20,968 nucleotides of DNA from Abditibacteriaceae bacterium (GTDB taxonomy: Bacteria; Armatimonadota; Abditibacteriia; Abditibacteriales; Abditibacteriaceae): the NCBI GenBank assembly GCA_031372065.1, contig JANMKN010000318.1, positions 1 to 20,968 on the forward strand. The letters run 5' to 3'. Both the position numbers and the translations under genes were made by a program. The notes under the pieces are model-generated. The model saw nothing but the letters and a program-made list of their open reading frames with translations, did no database searches and was not told the DNA's origin. This document shows, piece after piece, positions 16,858 through 20,968 of the stretch (position 1 is its first letter; the number at the start of each line of letters is the position of its first letter).

Positions 16858-17766
16858 ATGCTCAAAAAGCCTCTCCTTGTTTTTATTATTGTGTTTGCCT
16901 GTAGCACGGCTCACGCCCAAACCGCGCCTCCATTAGTCGTTAACGAGACTCTTATCGCCAAACTGAGTCCCGGTGTGGCTACTGCCATGACAACGCAGTT
17001 CGATTATCTGCCGTGGGGCTATCATGTCGAATGGAGTCCTGACATGAAGCGCGTAGCTTATTGGGCGACGAATGAAAAGGGAATGTATCTCGTTGTCAAC
17101 GGCGTGTCTGACAAGCCTTATGATGTGCAAGAGGATGGCAGTCCGCGCGGCGGCTTAATTCCGCCGCCGGTCGTTTTTTCGCCCGATAGCCAGCATTACG
17201 CTTATGTTGCCCGACGCGACAAAAAGCAGTTCGTCGTGCGCGATGGCAAAGCAGGCGCCGCCTACGATTGGATAGCACCCGACGACCTGCATTTCAGCCC
17301 CGACAGCCAGCGCATGGCGTATTGGGCGCGGCGCGGCAAGAAAAATCTGACAGTTTTGCACGACGGCGACAAAATTAAGGAATTCGGTTTTGTTCCACGC
17401 AAAGCAGACGCACCTCAGAGTTTTTATAACGAAGATGTCTTGGCTTCCCAAAAACCATCATGGAAAGTCATTGAGCGAGACAAAAAGCAAATTATTGTTT
17501 ACAACGGCAAAGAAGGCGTGCCTTATGACTTCATCCACACTCAAACATTGGCGTTCAGCGCCGATGGAAAGCACTCGGCTTGGTGCGCAGAACGGGACGA
17601 AAAACTGTTCATCATCTTCGATGGCGTAGAGGCTGGCAAAACCTATGGAGCAGCAACTGGCTTGCAGCTTCCGCCGCTGGTTTTTGACACGCCGGCCTCG
17701 TTTCATACTTTAGCTTTGCGCGCAGATAAGATATTTCGCGTCGAAGTCAATTGGTCGGAAGAGTAA
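16858..17766 (+). CDS. Secreted protein with TolB/PD40-like beta-propeller repeats
   Basis: Signal peptide ending TAHA-Q; repeats WSPDMKRVAY, FSPDSQHYAY, FSPDSQRMAY and FSADGKHSAW, each followed by a hydrophobic strand and a (D/N)G turn. Confidence 0.82.
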   Translation: MLKKPLLVFIIVFACSTAHAQTAPPLVVNETLIAKLSPGVATAMTTQFDYLPWGYHVEWSPDMKRVAYWATNEKGMYLVVNGVSDKPYDVQEDGSPRGGLIPPPVVFSPDSQHYAYVARRDKKQFVVRDGKAGAAYDWIAPDDLHFSPDSQRMAYWARRGKKNLTVLHDGDKIKEFGFVPRKADAPQSFYNEDVLASQKPSWKVIERDKKQIIVYNGKEGVPYDFIHTQTLAFSADGKHSAWCAERDEKLFIIFDGVEAGKTYGAATGLQLPPLVFDTPASFHTLALRADKIFRVEVNWSEE

Positions 17767-17771
17767 AAAAC

Positions 17772-18089
17772 AAAAAGCGCCGATTTCGATATTCAATCAT
17801 GTTACGCAGTGCGCTTATGGTAGGCACTGGAGCGAGCAGCAAAGCTGCTCGCTCCCCTCACCCGGCCTCTCCCCCGAACGCTGCGCTGGGGAGAGGAGAA
17901 CCTCGCTCATACGTTTCCGCCCGTTTCAAGCGAGAAGAAGAGTATTAACTACACTCCCCTCTCCCCGCGTAGCGGATTGGGGGAGAGGGGCCGGGGGTGA
18001 GGGGCTTAAGTTGATGCCTATGCGGACACGCTACAGCGTGTCCGATGCATACCAACGACAAAAAAAGCGCCGATTTCGATATTCAATCA
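17772..18089. repeat. Hairpin cluster bounded by a 28-bp direct repeat
   Basis: AAAAAGCGCCGATTTCGATATTCAATCA at 17772-17799 and 18062-18089. Inside are hairpins at 17829-17855 and 18023-18044, and an inverted pair of CCCCTCACCC..CTCTCCCC..GGGGAGAGG units (17854-17898, 17954-18004). Confidence 0.85.
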
Positions 18090-18104
18090 AAATCGGCGCT
18101 TTTT
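18061..18104. terminator. Bidirectional intrinsic terminator
   Basis: AAAAAAGCGCCGATTT-loop-AAATCGGCGCTTTTT between convergent genes. Confidence 0.85.
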
Positions 18105-18115
18105 CGTGGTTTTGT

Positions 18116-18364
18116 TTAAACCACGGTTCGCGTGACTTCGGTGACGACGACTTTTTGCGGCGTGGGCAAGGCGACGTCAATTTGTCCGCCATTTTCCCAC
18201 AAAACGGTGCTGGCATTGGGCACCACAATCGCGGAAACCGCGCCGTTGGCGTCAAAATTCACTGTCGCCATGCCTTGCACCTGCGACTGAACTGCCACTC
18301 CGGCGGCTAAAGTAATCGTCAAAACGTCGTTGTTGGGTTCGTAAGTAATGAGCATTGGGTTCAC
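18116..18364 (-). CDS. DUF2283-like small protein
   Basis: AAAGGA RBS before GTG; ITYEPNNDVLTITL...VNFDANGAVSAIVVPNAS resembles the YDxxxDxLYI...DxDxxGxxxGIEIxxAS pattern. Confidence 0.7.
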   Translation of the reverse strand: MNPMLITYEPNNDVLTITLAAGVAVQSQVQGMATVNFDANGAVSAIVVPNASTVLWENGGQIDVALPTPQKVVVTEVTRTVV

Positions 18365-18446
18365 TTGTCCTTTTGAAAAGTGAGAGTCGCAAATGCAAAC
18401 TGCGCGCCCTGAAAAGTGATTGATTAAGGCGCCCGGCGCTCCGCTT

Positions 18447-20252
18447 TCATAAGCCTGCTTTTTTAAGCTCGTCCTGCAAAGCGCGCAGTGTTTTATGTTC
18501 GACGCGCAAAGCGGCTATCAATTCGTGCCACTTGTTGAGATTATCTTGTTTTTTATGAATATCGCGGACGCACCTCAGAATTTTGGCGGCTTCCTGATAA
18601 GCGCCGCGATGGCGCTGGGTAATGTGGTAATGCGCCAGCAAAGTCCACTGTTCCAGAGCGAAATCGGGATGCGTTTTTTCCGCCGCCAAAGCCAATTTCG
18701 CGCGACGTTCATCTTGCTCTCGCGCTTTCAATTGCGGCCACAGATGCAAGGCTAACTCTACTTTGCCTTCGTGCAAAGCAAGATCGCAAAGCACAGCGGT
18801 GCGCCCTTCAGATTCTAATTTTTGCAGCATATCTTGCCGCACTGCATCGCGTTGTTGGTTTTGCTCGGCGAGCGCCAATAAATCGTCCCACACACTCGTT
18901 TGCGGCGCGGCTAAAAACAATTGACGATGCCATTTGATCGCTTCTTCAAGAGGCCCATCGGCTTTGGTGCGCTCGGCCAGCCAACCAAGATAATAAGCCG
19001 GATGCTGCTCGTTGGGCCGCAAGCGTTCGGCGACATAATTCAAGGCGGCGCGGCGGTGGCCCGCTTCATAAAGTTGATTGGCGAAATTCATCACCAAACC
19101 CGGCCCATTGACGAATTGATTTTTCGCCACATTTAGCGCCTTGTCTATTTCGCCCAATTCCAGCAAGGCCGTGGCGCGTTGCGGTGGAGAACCTTCGTTC
19201 CGCAACAACTGCTGGGCTTCGTTGGCTCGGCCTGTGCGACGCAATCGTTCGGCCAGAAAATTCATCACCGTTTCGTAATTGGAATCCGAGGTGTAATCAA
19301 TCACGAAATCTTCATCATCGCCGCTCGTTCCCTGCCAGACTTTGTAGCGCGGCTTTGACACGTCGCCAAGTCGCGCGCGCAAACGCGCCTCGATGATCGC
19401 CCATTCACCGTCATCGCACGAAAGCAAAGCGTCGTCGGCAGACGCCCCAAAACCAATGCCGCCGAAATTCAAATCGGCCACCCACGCCTCCAATAAAAGA
19501 TGTAGCCAACGTTCTCGCGCTTCGGGCGAAGAACCATCCAAACAGCGCCCGATGCCCGCTGCGCAATCGTCGGCGAGGCCGCTCAATTCGCCCTCCTGAT
19601 CCCATTCCATCAGTTCCGGCGTTTCGGCCACTAATTCTTGCAACACAACAGCGAATAGTTCGCCCGCTTGCTGAGGCGTTTGAGTTTGCAATGCGGCGGC
19701 CTGACGCGTAAAAAACTCCAAGTCGTGGCGCGCTTCGCGGAAATTGGCGTCCCACTCGGCGCGTTTAAGACGCTTCATTACGTCTTTAATCTTCTTGCGC
19801 GCTTCGTCAACGCTGCTTGCTGTGGTGCCGCTGATTTGGCGCTTCACGACATTGCGCAATTTCGGCTCGATTTCCACTAATTGCAGGATAAGTTGCGCCA
19901 ATTCATCGTGCGGGCATTCTAAAAGTTGCGGTAATAATTCGGATTCGCTTTGAAAAATTTCCGGCGTGTTAACCCATGTTAGCAGGAGCGCCACCAAATG
20001 CTTGCACGGCCCGCCGTATTCGTAGGGACAAGTGCAATGCAGCGCGCCGACGTTTTGCACAGTCAATCTGACACTAAGGCGATACGGCTCCATATCGCTG
20101 CCTTCGCAAAGCGCGCGTAATTCATCGCCAACGCGCACGGTTTCGCTCAGTGCGCCATCTCCAAAAATCTTCTGGCCGCGCGCAAAAACTTTCGGCGCGC
20201 ATAATTCGGCGATGTCGCCTTCGTCAAATCGAGGTTCTATGGGGTGTTTCAT
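18447..20252 (-). CDS. SWIM zinc finger family protein with helical C-terminal region
   Basis: N-terminal FARG...V.GS-like segment (CEGS..PY), CTCPYEYGGPCKHLVALLL (CxC...CxH), a long helical body, and C-terminal YQEAAKIL...HKTLRALQDEL. Confidence 0.9.
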   Translation of the reverse strand: MKHPIEPRFDEGDIAELCAPKVFARGQKIFGDGALSETVRVGDELRALCEGSDMEPYRLSVRLTVQNVGALHCTCPYEYGGPCKHLVALLLTWVNTPEIFQSESELLPQLLECPHDELAQLILQLVEIEPKLRNVVKRQISGTTASSVDEARKKIKDVMKRLKRAEWDANFREARHDLEFFTRQAAALQTQTPQQAGELFAVVLQELVAETPELMEWDQEGELSGLADDCAAGIGRCLDGSSPEARERWLHLLLEAWVADLNFGGIGFGASADDALLSCDDGEWAIIEARLRARLGDVSKPRYKVWQGTSGDDEDFVIDYTSDSNYETVMNFLAERLRRTGRANEAQQLLRNEGSPPQRATALLELGEIDKALNVAKNQFVNGPGLVMNFANQLYEAGHRRAALNYVAERLRPNEQHPAYYLGWLAERTKADGPLEEAIKWHRQLFLAAPQTSVWDDLLALAEQNQQRDAVRQDMLQKLESEGRTAVLCDLALHEGKVELALHLWPQLKAREQDERRAKLALAAEKTHPDFALEQWTLLAHYHITQRHRGAYQEAAKILRCVRDIHKKQDNLNKWHELIAALRVEHKTLRALQDELKKAGL

Positions 20253-20261
20253 AAGGCTAAT

Positions 20262-20968
20262 TTATTTCATTTGAGTCAAAGCCGCGCGCGCTTGGCGCAC
20301 CATTTGGGCAGCCTGTTGCGGTGAATCGGAAAGCGCGGTGAGGTGGCCCATTTTGCGACCCGCAAGTGCGCGGCTTTTGCCGTAGAGATGCAATTTTACA
20401 TCGGGGAACTCAAGAGCCGCTGCCCAGTTTGGCTCGCCGTTTTCCCATAAATCGCCCAATAAATTTGCCATCGCCGCCGGGCGCAAAAGCTGCGTTGAGC
20501 CAAGCGGCAAAGCGCAGACGGCGCGTAATTGTTGCTCGAACTGACTTGTCAGCGAAGCATCAAACGAAAAATGCCCCGAATTATGCGGACGCGGCGCCAT
20601 TTCGTTGACGATAAGTTCACCACGCGCTGTCAGGAAAAATTCAACACACAGCACGCCGACAACTTGCAATTTTTCCAAGATGCCACGTGTGATTTCAATC
20701 GCTTCGTCGGCAACTTGCGGCGAGACGTTCGCGGGCGCGGTTGTCACATCGAGAATGTGGTTTTCGTGCTGGTTTTCGACCACGCCCCAATGCGAAAATG
20801 CGCCGTCCACACCGCGCGCCGCGACCACCGAAACTTCGCGCTCAAACGAAATCCAGCCTTCTAAAACGCCTTCGGCACCGCCCAAATTTTGCCACGCGAT
20901 GTCAACATCGGCGGGCGTATTGATTTTCGTTTGACCTTTGCCATCGTAGCCGAAACCGGCGGTTTTCA
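20262..20968 (-). CDS. purK: N5-carboxyaminoimidazole ribonucleotide synthase (5' part outside window)
   Basis: Frame open to the window edge: KTAGFGYDGKGQ...FEREVSV...NEMAPRPHNSGH...SQFEQQLRA...LHLYGK...GRKMGH. Confidence 0.96.
   Translation of the reverse strand, partial: KTAGFGYDGKGQTKINTPADVDIAWQNLGGAEGVLEGWISFEREVSVVAARGVDGAFSHWGVVENQHENHILDVTTAPANVSPQVADEAIEITRGILEKLQVVGVLCVEFFLTARGELIVNEMAPRPHNSGHFSFDASLTSQFEQQLRAVCALPLGSTQLLRPAAMANLLGDLWENGEPNWAAALEFPDVKLHLYGKSRALAGRKMGHLTALSDSPQQAAQMVRQARAALTQMK

Noticed and set aside
16528..16920. 130-aa minus-strand ORF
   Set aside because: Antisense to the membrane protein, the HNH remnant and the propeller gene start; no motif support.
17751..18310. 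ORFs 17751-17948, 18011-18310 and 18031-18255 (the two plus-strand ones share KKRRFRYSI)
   Set aside because: By-products of the duplicated terminator and repeats, or overlapping the DUF2283-like gene.

Overview
Bacterial chromosomal window of moderate GC. The left half (1-10.8 kb) is an accessory locus. On the minus strand it has two tandem NNMT/PNMT/TEMT-family SAM methyltransferases, an EamA/DMT transporter and a divergent aldehyde dehydrogenase that runs off the left edge. Divergently, on the plus strand, are a membrane-sensor GAF-GGDEF-HD-GYP c-di-GMP enzyme, a class I lysyl-tRNA synthetase paralog with degenerate HIGH and apparently deleted KMSKS motifs, an outer-membrane beta-barrel protein, a stand-alone receiver and a small hypothetical protein. 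The right half holds glyA, ppdK, partial purK, a SWIM zinc-finger protein, a DUF2283-like protein, a secreted beta-propeller-like protein, other hypothetical genes and a truncated HNH nuclease remnant. Intergenic regions are highly structured: a degenerate 21-bp tandem array, long inverted repeats, and a hairpin cluster flanked by a 28-bp direct repeat that duplicates half a terminator. The best candidate for a novel system is the LysRS-like pseudo-enzyme together with the methyltransferase/exporter and c-di-GMP sensor genes. All family assignments are by eye from motifs; no database searches were run.
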